Shown piece by piece: positions 16,797 to 24,407 of a stretch of DNA of 24,407 nucleotides. A program made the translations under genes and the position numbers. The first letter of the stretch is position 1, and each line of letters opens with the position of its first letter. The DNA is from an uncultured bacterium (GTDB lineage Bacteria; Abyssobacteria; SURF-5). The stretch covers positions 1-24,407 of the forward strand of contig CAZEBC010000003.1 in assembly GCA_964510165.1 (NCBI GenBank). The letters run 5' to 3'. Below the pieces are notes generated by a model. It did not search any database, was not told the DNA's origin, and saw only the letters and a list, made by a program, of their open reading frames with translations.

Positions 16797-18200
16797 ATGA
16801 ACGCGATCCTCGTAGTCCTCGATTCTTTTAGAAAAGATCACGTCGGCTGTTGCGGAAATGAGTGGATAAAGACGCCTACCCTCGACGCCTTCGCAAGAGA
16901 GGCCGTCACGTTCACCAGGGCATATCCCGAGTCATTGCCCACATTGCCTTTCCGACGCTCACTTTACACGGGCTGCCGCGTGTTTCCGTTTGAAGGCCAC
17001 ATCGCGCACAAGGGCGATTTTGTGAGCATATCTCCCGGCTGGGGGCCGATGCGGGAGAGCCGCGACTCGCTGGCGGAACTCTTGCAGATGCGGTATTACC
17101 GGACGGCGCTCATCAGCGATTGCTACCATCAGTTCAAGCCTTCCATGAATTTCCACCGGGGGTTTTCGCAATGGCAATGGATCAGAGGCCAGGAGAGCGA
17201 TCCGTACAAGTCGGGTCCCGCAATCTCACAACGCGAGATGGAGAGATACATGCCGAAAAACCTTCGGACGCCGTTCCAGATTCGGCATGTTATGGAGCAA
17301 TATCTCAAGAATATTCGTGACCGGAAGACCGAAGAGGATTACTTTGCGCCCCAGGTGTTCCGGGCCGCCTCGCAGTGGATTAAGGACAACGCCGACGCGG
17401 AATCCTTCTTCCTCACGGTTGAGAGTTTTGATCCGCATGAGCCGTGGGACCCGCCGGAAGCGTATCGCCGTCTCTACGACGATTCAAACGGTCCGGAACG
17501 GGAGGTCATAAGCTCGCTCTACGGGCCGGCGGACCAACTGACGGAGGCCGAACTCAGGCGTCTTCGCGCCAACTATGCGGGCGAGGTGACCATGGTGGAC
17601 CACTGGCTTGGCCGCTTTCTCGATACGGTCCGCTCGGCTGGACTGATGGAGAACACCGTCATCGTCATAATAAGCGACCACGGTCATTGCATCGGGGAGC
17701 ACAACCTCGTCTCGAAGCAGGGCCACCCGTTGTGCAGAGAAGTGGCCGACCTTGTGCTCCTCATACGGTTTCCCGACGGCGCCGGCGCGGGACAGACGTG
17801 CGACTCGTTCGTATACAATCACGATATCGCGCCGACACTGTTGAACTATCTTGGCGTCTCCGGCGAAAATGATATGGATGGAAAAGACCTGATGCCGCTT
17901 GTGAAGGGCGGGCCGCCACTGTATGAGCACGTCACGGTGGGCTACGGCCCGTTCGTGATGGTCCGCGATGATGAGTACTGGTATAACGCGTACTTGTGGG
18001 GCGAGGCTCCGCGTCTATACCATCTGTCGGACGATCCTGACCTCAAGGCTGATGTATCGGACCAAAAGCCCGACGTCCTCGAACGCATGAAAAGATTGGC
18101 GATTGAGGATGCGGGCGGCGTCATCCCGGACTTGCTCAGGGACCTGGCTGGCAGCAATATCCCCGGCTGCACCCCGATGGAGGCCGCGCTGGAGATTTGA
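16797..18200 (+). CDS. Sulfatase-family hydrolase (cytoplasmic, TxPxR variant)
   Basis: NAILVVLDSFRKDH, TPTLDAFA, SLPTLPFRRSLYTG, FDPHEPWDPP, YAGEVTMVD, SDHGH, HDIAPT. Confidence 0.92.
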   Translation: MNAILVVLDSFRKDHVGCCGNEWIKTPTLDAFAREAVTFTRAYPESLPTLPFRRSLYTGCRVFPFEGHIAHKGDFVSISPGWGPMRESRDSLAELLQMRYYRTALISDCYHQFKPSMNFHRGFSQWQWIRGQESDPYKSGPAISQREMERYMPKNLRTPFQIRHVMEQYLKNIRDRKTEEDYFAPQVFRAASQWIKDNADAESFFLTVESFDPHEPWDPPEAYRRLYDDSNGPEREVISSLYGPADQLTEAELRRLRANYAGEVTMVDHWLGRFLDTVRSAGLMENTVIVIISDHGHCIGEHNLVSKQGHPLCREVADLVLLIRFPDGAGAGQTCDSFVYNHDIAPTLLNYLGVSGENDMDGKDLMPLVKGGPPLYEHVTVGYGPFVMVRDDEYWYNAYLWGEAPRLYHLSDDPDLKADVSDQKPDVLERMKRLAIEDAGGVIPDLLRDLAGSNIPGCTPMEAALEI

Positions 18201-18206
18201 GAAGCC

Positions 18207-18563
18207 ATGGTCGCAGCAAACAAGAAAGCCGTACCTCGCAGAGAATATCTGCATGCGTCGTTGAACACCCCGATAGAGATGGGCGCATCCTCGTACTGGA
18301 TTTCCAGCGAACAGCGCCTCAGCCTTGACGGGCGCGATGTGCTCTTCCTGGTCCGCGACACCGATTGCATAACAAGCTGCTGTGGCCAAAGTCAGGGCTT
18401 CCGCTCCATCGGCGTGGTCGGTCATGTTATCGAGTGGCATGCCGGAAGGCGGGATGGAGTGCCGGTATCCATCGTTGAACCTATTGTTGATGAGGCCGAC
18501 CGAGAGCGAATAACCCGGCTCCTGCAACAACTGTACAAGGTCACCCAGGTCGAGTTCCTATAG
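18207..18563 (+). CDS. Hypothetical protein with CxxSCCG motif
   Basis: 118-aa ORF filling the gap between co-oriented genes (6-bp and 14-bp spacers); globular composition. Confidence 0.7.
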   Translation: MVAANKKAVPRREYLHASLNTPIEMGASSYWISSEQRLSLDGRDVLFLVRDTDCITSCCGQSQGFRSIGVVGHVIEWHAGRRDGVPVSIVEPIVDEADRERITRLLQQLYKVTQVEFL

Positions 18564-18577
18564 GATGCCCCCTGCGC

Positions 18578-19165
18578 ATGGTGCTTAAGAAAGAACAACT
18601 GCCCATCCTGCTGGTGAATGCCGTGGCGCTGATTATCTTCGCTCTGCTTTTCCTCTCCAGGAAAAACTATGAGTTCCTGCTCTATGTGGGCGTCATCGTG
18701 TTTTTCATGGTTGTCATCCTCGCCACAAACGAGAGGGTCAGCTATCCGACCAGCGTCCTGTGGGGATTGACCGCATGGGCGCTTCTGCATATGTCGGGCG
18801 GCGGTTTGTTCATCCGGGGGACCAAGCTGTACGAGATAATCCTTATCCCCATATCCGAGAAGTATGAGATATTCCGGTACGATCAGTTCGTGCATATCAT
18901 AGGCTTCGGCGTGGCAACGCTCGTCATGTACCATCTGCTCAAGCCGCTGCTTGCGCCCGACTTGAACCGGCGCGCCGCACTTTCGATCGTGGTGGTCATG
19001 GCCGGCCTGGGAGTGGGCGCGCTTAATGAAATTGTGGAGTTTGTCGCGACGGTGCTCGTGCCCGAGACCGGAGTGGGCGGATACGTGAACACCTCTCTCG
19101 ATCTGGTCTCCGACCTGGTCGGGGCGGTTCTGGCCCTTGTAGTGATAAGGGCGGGCCGGTTGTGA
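18578..19165 (+). CDS. DUF2238-like inner membrane protein
   Basis: Hydrophobic helices with LLHMSGG, RYDQFVH, GALNEIVEF, NTSLDLVSD. Confidence 0.8.
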   Translation: MVLKKEQLPILLVNAVALIIFALLFLSRKNYEFLLYVGVIVFFMVVILATNERVSYPTSVLWGLTAWALLHMSGGGLFIRGTKLYEIILIPISEKYEIFRYDQFVHIIGFGVATLVMYHLLKPLLAPDLNRRAALSIVVVMAGLGVGALNEIVEFVATVLVPETGVGGYVNTSLDLVSDLVGAVLALVVIRAGRL

Positions 19166-19194
19166 ACGGGGGCTCAGGCCGCTTGATTAGCCGA

Positions 19195-19223
19195 TTGATT
19201 AACTGAAATGCCTTTGTTAGAAT
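19195..19223 (+). promoter_or_regulatory. Sigma70-type promoter for thiolase
   Basis: TTGATT (19195-19200), 17-bp spacer ending in TGn, TAGAAT (19218-19223). Confidence 0.7.
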
Positions 19224-19273
19224 AAGCGGGTCAAACATGTGATTCCATACCCTTAATGAATGATGGAGGAGAA

Positions 19274-20485
19274 ATGAGAGAAGCCGTCATTGTAGAAGCC
19301 CTGAGGTCTCCCATTGGCCGCTCCGGCGAGCGCGGAGTGTTGCGCGAACTGACCGGCCTCGAAATCGCCACCCAAGTGGTCAAAGCCCTCTTGAAGAAAA
19401 CCCAACTCGATCCCAATGAAATTGACGACATTTATATGGGAACCATTGCCGGACCAATTGACGCCGCCCGCTCATTGGTGTTCTATTGCGGGCTTCCGGT
19501 GGACCTGTCCGGCCTCACGATGAATCGCCAGTGCGGCTCGAGCCTTTCTGCCCTCAACGCGGCTGCCAACGCGATCAAGGCGGGAAACGGCGACTGCATC
19601 CTTGTGGTCGGCATGGAGACGATGGGCAGGCTCGGCCCGTGGAGTCCGGACGACCAGGAGATGGCGCGCAAGTTCCGGACTTACTATTACGCCGACGCCC
19701 AACCCAACCCCGAGGGCAGGCTGCATCCGACGCTCAAGCTGCCAGACCTGATTGACCCGTCATCCTTCGTTATGGGACTGACCGCCGAAAACCTGGCTGC
19801 CAAATACGGGATCACCCGACAAGAAGCGGACGAGTTCGCGGTGTGGAGTCAACAGAAATGCAAGGTCGCCTATGAGCAAAAGAAATTCGACCGGGAGATG
19901 ATCCCGGTGGTCATCGAGTACAACGACGGCTCTAGGAAAGTGATTGATAAGGACCAGTGCCCGAGGCCCGAAAGCACCGTGGAGAAGATGGCCCAACTCA
20001 AGCCCGCGTTCAAGGAGGGCGGTCTTGTGACGGCAGGCAACTCATGCCCCACAAATGACGGCGCGGCGGCGGTGCTGCTTATGTCGCGCGAAAAGGCCCA
20101 AGCGCTCGGGTACAAACCGTTGGCCGCCGTGCGCCATCACGGCGAGGCTGGCGTGCCGCCCGAGATAATGGGCATCGGCCCGATTCCGTCAACACGCAAA
20201 CTGCTCAAGCGTCAGGGAATGACCATCAACGATTTTGACCTGATCGAGATTAATGAAGCATTCGCTTGTCAGGCCCTGCACTGCGCGCGCGAACTCAATG
20301 TGGACATGGACAGACTGAACGTCAACGGCGGGGCCATCGCTATCGGTCATCCAACGGGCGCCACGGGGGCGCGATTCACTGGCACGCTCGTGCACGAAAT
20401 GAACCGCAGGGGCGCTCAATGGGGACTCGCCACGATGTGTTGCGGCATAGGACAGGGCGTTGCCTGCGCGTTTGAGCTGATTTAA
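19274..20485 (+). CDS. Thiolase (acetyl-CoA C-acyltransferase)
   Basis: RSPIGR, NRQCGSS (catalytic Cys), MGLTAE, VTAGNS..NDGAAA, EINEAFA, NVNGGAIAIGHPTGATG, MCCGIGQG. GGAGGA SD before ATG 19274. Confidence 0.96.
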   Translation: MREAVIVEALRSPIGRSGERGVLRELTGLEIATQVVKALLKKTQLDPNEIDDIYMGTIAGPIDAARSLVFYCGLPVDLSGLTMNRQCGSSLSALNAAANAIKAGNGDCILVVGMETMGRLGPWSPDDQEMARKFRTYYYADAQPNPEGRLHPTLKLPDLIDPSSFVMGLTAENLAAKYGITRQEADEFAVWSQQKCKVAYEQKKFDREMIPVVIEYNDGSRKVIDKDQCPRPESTVEKMAQLKPAFKEGGLVTAGNSCPTNDGAAAVLLMSREKAQALGYKPLAAVRHHGEAGVPPEIMGIGPIPSTRKLLKRQGMTINDFDLIEINEAFACQALHCARELNVDMDRLNVNGGAIAIGHPTGATGARFTGTLVHEMNRRGAQWGLATMCCGIGQGVACAFELI

Positions 20486-20493
20486 CCGCTTGC

Positions 20494-20522
20494 TTGAAAA
20501 GGAACTGTCGGTGTGATATAGT
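20494..20522 (+). promoter_or_regulatory. Sigma70-type promoter
   Basis: TTGAAA (20494-20499), 17-bp spacer ending in TGn, TATAGT (20517-20522). Confidence 0.65.
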
Positions 20523-20597
20523 GTTACGCAGGAATGGAGGTGTTACCGCGATCAAGAAGATGGGCTGTATGGCTCGCGCTTGAGAGGGGGCGCCTCT

Positions 20598-21653
20598 GTG
20601 ACGAAACGCATCGGCATTACAAGCACAATCCCAGTCGAAGTTGTCCTCGCCGCTGGCTGCGTGCCTGTTGACCTGAACAATCTTTTTATTGAGGACCCCG
20701 ATCCGGCCCAATTTGTACGCTACGCGGAAGAAGCGGGCTATCCGCGCACCATATGCGGATGGATTAAGGGGCTGTTCGGGGTTGTAATGAAGACCCGATG
20801 CGTGGATGCGGTCATCGCTTTGACTCAAGGCGATTGCAGCAGTACTCTGGCACTGGTGGAAACCCTGATGGTCAACGACGTGCCAGTGATCCCATTCGAA
20901 TATCCATTCGGGCGCGATGAGGATTTGCTGCGTCTTCAAATTGAGAAGCTCGCGCGGAGCATGGGTACCACCCTGGAGGCCGCGCAGGAACGGATGGAAG
21001 AACTGAGGCCGCTCCGCCGCAAGCTTGCCGAAGTGGATACGCTCACCTGGCGCGATGGAGTTGTGAGCGGAAAAGAGAACAACCTGTTTCTCCTATCGGC
21101 CAGCGATTTTTGCGGGGACCCTGCGGCGTTTGAGAGAAGGGTGGACGCCTTCCTGAGCGATGCTCGAATGCGGAAGCCCGCGCGGGGAGATGTGAATATA
21201 GGATATATCGGCGTTCCTCCCATTTGGGGTGACTTATATGAATTCTTGGAATCCCAGGGTGCACGGATTGTGTACAATGAGGTGCAGCGCCAATTCTCCA
21301 TGCCGTTCGATGGTGACAATATCGTGCAACAATACATCGCCTACACGTACCCTTACGGCGTTTTTGCGAGGCTGGATGATATCGCGTCAGCCGTCGCCGA
21401 ACGCGGTCTCGATGGAATAGTCCACTACACCCAGAGCTTCTGTTTTCGGCAGATAGAGGACATGATCTTCCGAAAGAAGCTGCCAGTCCCCATTCTGACG
21501 CTTGAAGGAGACCAACCGGCCTTACTGGACGGCAGAACAAAGCTTCGAATCAATGCCTTCATTGAAATGCTCAGGGAAAACCGAACCATGCGCTTGGGCA
21601 ATAAGGATAGCCTCAGGCAAGGAGTACCGATCAACTCCGGAAAGGATTCGTGA
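20598..21653 (+). CDS. 2-hydroxyacyl-CoA dehydratase family (HgdB/FldB-like) Fe-S subunit
   Basis: IG.TSTIPVEV..AAG, AE..GYP..ICGW.K, GDCS, DGIVHYTQSFC, PILTLEGD, TKLRINAFIEML. GTG start 20598 after a GAGG-rich SD. Confidence 0.88.
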   Translation: MTKRIGITSTIPVEVVLAAGCVPVDLNNLFIEDPDPAQFVRYAEEAGYPRTICGWIKGLFGVVMKTRCVDAVIALTQGDCSSTLALVETLMVNDVPVIPFEYPFGRDEDLLRLQIEKLARSMGTTLEAAQERMEELRPLRRKLAEVDTLTWRDGVVSGKENNLFLLSASDFCGDPAAFERRVDAFLSDARMRKPARGDVNIGYIGVPPIWGDLYEFLESQGARIVYNEVQRQFSMPFDGDNIVQQYIAYTYPYGVFARLDDIASAVAERGLDGIVHYTQSFCFRQIEDMIFRKKLPVPILTLEGDQPALLDGRTKLRINAFIEMLRENRTMRLGNKDSLRQGVPINSGKDS

Positions 21654-22678
21654 CTGTGTCATACCGCAAATTCATAATCGTTGCTCTCATGACCGCGAGT
21701 CTGACTGTCACAGGTTGTGGTAACCGGCAGGACCGCTTCATGCTCCAACAGGCCAACGACGCTCTCAAGTCGGGCAACACGAAGGTGGCCATCAACAATA
21801 CCAAGGCGGTCCTGCGAGGAAGCCCCCGAAATCTGTATGCGCTCTACTTGATGAGGAAAATCAAGTCGAAGCTGTACAGCGACGCCGAGAAGAGCTTGGA
21901 GGCCAAGAATTACAAGGACGCCGTCGAGAAAATAGAGACCTTCCTCGATCTGGACCCGCAACATGAAGAAGGCAAGGCGTTGCATGCCGAAGCAAAGAAG
22001 TACGTTCATTTCGACGAGGCTCAAAAAGCCATGGCGTCGGACAATCCCATGGCCGCCCTCAGGCTTGTGAAAGAGGCGCTCCGGCTGGACCCGCAATTTG
22101 AGGAAGCCAAGAAACTGCAAGCCGAAGCGTCAGAACAGGTGGAGAAAAAGATCGCAACCCTGGTTGAGACCGCTCAGCAGCTCATCGCAGAAAAACAATA
22201 CGAAAAGCTCAGGGACCTCGCGCAGGACATTCTCGCCATTGACCCCCAGAATGCGGAGGCCGCCGACTTTCTCAGAGAAGCCCAGGCTCAGATACTCAGC
22301 CGAAACAAGGAAGAGAATCTGAGTCTGGCGCGGCAGTTCTACCAAGAAGGCATCTACGAATCCGCTCTCGCGAAGGCCGAGGAAGTCCTGAAAGTCGACC
22401 CCACCAGTGAAGAGGCCATGGAGCTCATGCAAAAATCCAAAGCCGAACTCTCCAAGCCCGAGCTCAGGCTCCGAAGCATCACCTTGATAGGTGGCATGCA
22501 AATAGCCAATATTGAGGTCCCCAAGACCAAGGAGAAATACAGGGTGAAGGAGGGCGATGTGTTCCACGGCGAGGGCGATTTCAAGGTTTCTGCAGTTGAT
22601 TTTGACCTGAAAGCGGTCGTGGTGACCTATTTGAAGACAGGCTCGATGCAGACCATCACCATGGCCTCCGCTGATTAG
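21650..22678 (+). CDS. TPR-repeat lipoprotein with C-terminal PilP/GspC-like beta domain
   Basis: Lipobox VTG-C; four LDP/IDP/VDP...EA TPR turns; C-terminal L.SI...ANIE....YRVKEGD...FKV.AVD....VVV. GTGA overlap with the upstream stop. Confidence 0.75.
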   Translation: MTVSYRKFIIVALMTASLTVTGCGNRQDRFMLQQANDALKSGNTKVAINNTKAVLRGSPRNLYALYLMRKIKSKLYSDAEKSLEAKNYKDAVEKIETFLDLDPQHEEGKALHAEAKKYVHFDEAQKAMASDNPMAALRLVKEALRLDPQFEEAKKLQAEASEQVEKKIATLVETAQQLIAEKQYEKLRDLAQDILAIDPQNAEAADFLREAQAQILSRNKEENLSLARQFYQEGIYESALAKAEEVLKVDPTSEEAMELMQKSKAELSKPELRLRSITLIGGMQIANIEVPKTKEKYRVKEGDVFHGEGDFKVSAVDFDLKAVVVTYLKTGSMQTITMASAD

Positions 22679-22855
22679 GATTTCCGCTTCGTAGCTGTCG
22701 CGCTGCCCTCCGGGCCGAGCTTCGTTCAGCGATGGCGCGGATGTCTTCTCTCGTATCTCCTCCCCAGGGACACGATCTGGTCCCGAACTGGTCCTCAAAC
22801 ATCCCCACCCCCTTCTCAACGTGCCGCCGAAGACGGGGAAGGAACAGGTCGAATC

Positions 22856-22884
22856 TTGACTTCGCGGCCCCATTTCGATAATAT
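22856..22884 (+). promoter_or_regulatory. Sigma70-type promoter
   Basis: TTGACT (22856-22861), 17 bp, TAATAT (22879-22884). Confidence 0.65.
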
Positions 22885-22929
22885 TCATACAAACTGGGGA
22901 AAGGGTTTCGCAGCATTCCAGGGTCACTA

Positions 22930-24407
22930 ATGGGCGCCTTGAATCAAGCTGACCGTTATCGCAAGCTCGTCGAAATCTCCAATATAATAAACTCCACGCT
23001 CGAAATCGACGCCCTCCTCGATCTCGTAATTGAGACGGTCTCGTCCGCCCTGAATGCCGAAGGCTGCTCGCTTGTGCTCAGGCAGCCGGGCACCGACGAA
23101 CTGTATTTCCGGAGCGCCTCGGGAACGGCCAAGGATGAGATAAAGAAATACCGGCTCAAGCTCGGAGAGGGAGTGGCCGGGCTGGTGGCCCTGGAAGGAA
23201 AGCCCCTCCTTATCACCAACGCGCCCTCCGACAAGAGGGTGCGTCATGACATCTCGATCCAGGTTGGCATGCCCGCGCGCAGCATTGTATGCGCCCCGCT
23301 TTCGGTCGACGGCAAGGTCGTCGGCTCGGTCGAGGTGATAAATCCCCGGGACAAAGAGAACTTCGATGAGGAGGATAAGCAGTTTCTGTGCGCAGTGAGC
23401 GATTCAGTCGCTCTCGCAGTCAGAAACGCCAGGCTCTTCACTCAATTGACCTCGGAGAAGGAAGCTCTCAGCCGCGCGCTCGGGCTCCAGCCCACCATCA
23501 TCGGCAACAGCGAGGCGATGCGGCACATCTTTGCCGTCGTCAACAAGATAGTTCGAACCGATGTGACGGTATTGATCACCGGCGAGACCGGCACCGGCAA
23601 GGGTCTCATCGCACGGTTCATCCACGATAACAGCCTGCGCCGCCATCAACTCCTGGTCGAGGTCAATTGCGCCGCAATCCCTGATACCCTGATCGAGTCG
23701 GAACTGTTCGGCCATGAGAAGGGGGCGTTCACCGGCGCGACCTATCAGCGCAAGGGCAAGTTCGAACTCGCCGACAACGGGACGCTGTGTCTTGACGAGA
23801 TCGGCGAGCTTTCTCCTCGGGCTCAGGCGAAGCTATTGCGCGCCATCGAGGAACAACGCTTCGAGCGGATCGGCTCGAATATCACCTTAACGACCGATGT
23901 CAGGCTCCTGGCTACCACCAATCGCGACCTCGCTCAACTCGCCAAGGAAGGCCAGTTCCGCGACGACCTCTTCTACAGGCTCAACCAGTTCGAAATCCAT
24001 ATTCCTCCCCTTCGCGAGAGACGCGAGGACATCATGCTGCTCGTCGAGCACTATCTTGCCGAATACAATCGCCAGTTCGAGAAACAGGTACGCTCGATCT
24101 CGCTGCCGGCCAAGAATTTCCTGCTCGACTATGATTGGCCCGGCAATGTGCGCGAGCTCAAGAATATGATCAAGCGCGCAGCGCTCCTGTGCGAGGATGA
24201 GGAGATACGCTGCGAGCATCTGCCCCTGCTTATGCAGCCCGGCAAGGAGAAGGAGGCGGTCGCCGGGTCTGAGAGATTCCCCAGCCTGGACGAACTCGAA
24301 AAGACGCATATCGTCTCCGCGTTGCAACGTGCAGAGGGAGTGAAGAAAAAGGCGGCCGAATTACTGGGCGTTTCGCGGTCCACGTTGGACCGAAAGATTG
24401 CGGCTCA
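22930..24407 (+). CDS. GAF-domain sigma54-dependent Fis-family transcriptional activator (stop lies beyond the window end)
   Basis: Missing from the ORF track because no stop falls in the window. Manual translation from ATG 22930: MGALNQADRYRKLVEISNIINSTLE (GAF), GETGTGK (23581), ESELFGHEKGAFTGA, LDEIGE, DLFYRLN, WPGNVREL, KAAELLGVSRSTL (HTH), all in one frame. Confidence 0.95.
   Translation, partial: MGALNQADRYRKLVEISNIINSTLEIDALLDLVIETVSSALNAEGCSLVLRQPGTDELYFRSASGTAKDEIKKYRLKLGEGVAGLVALEGKPLLITNAPSDKRVRHDISIQVGMPARSIVCAPLSVDGKVVGSVEVINPRDKENFDEEDKQFLCAVSDSVALAVRNARLFTQLTSEKEALSRALGLQPTIIGNSEAMRHIFAVVNKIVRTDVTVLITGETGTGKGLIARFIHDNSLRRHQLLVEVNCAAIPDTLIESELFGHEKGAFTGATYQRKGKFELADNGTLCLDEIGELSPRAQAKLLRAIEEQRFERIGSNITLTTDVRLLATTNRDLAQLAKEGQFRDDLFYRLNQFEIHIPPLRERREDIMLLVEHYLAEYNRQFEKQVRSISLPAKNFLLDYDWPGNVRELKNMIKRAALLCEDEEIRCEHLPLLMQPGKEKEAVAGSERFPSLDELEKTHIVSALQRAEGVKKKAAELLGVSRSTLDRKIAA

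Noticed and set aside
22130-24383. Minus-strand ORFs (22130-22927, 22927-23247, 23887-24327 and others) and similar shadow ORFs across the window
   Set aside because: They are antisense or off-frame shadows of well-supported genes, expected in GC-rich DNA, and carry no recognisable motifs.

Overview
Gene-dense, GC-rich bacterial chromosomal segment, probably from an anaerobic diderm (rubrerythrin-like protein, 2-hydroxyacyl-CoA dehydratase-like subunit, lipoproteins), with 22 supportable CDSs. I saw no rRNA, tRNA, CRISPR array or transposase. The main feature is a ~9.5-kb minus-strand run (10807->1272): single-domain response regulator, tandem Zn-finger membrane protein, archease, RtcB, Mth938-like protein, Macro domain, a solute-binding protein/GH123-DUF4091-like fusion, VanZ-like protein and a Thr-type sulfatase-like enzyme. 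An RNA-repair cassette is therefore joined by overlapping stop/start codons to an exported glycan-processing module. The first gene has a ~200-nt leader whose nested helices bury the RBS and AUG. The right half holds a GT-C-like membrane protein, rubrerythrin-like protein, FGE-like protein, HD-GYP, FlgT/CsgG-like protein, a second sulfatase-like enzyme, DUF2238, thiolase, HgdB-like subunit, a TPR/PilP-like lipoprotein and a GAF-sigma54 activator cut off by the window end. Intergenic DNA carries two copies of a GTAG-type REP doublet, a GTCAT-type palindromic repeat, a tandem duplication of the archease 3' end and several clear sigma70 promoters. All family calls come from recognising motifs by eye, not from database searches.
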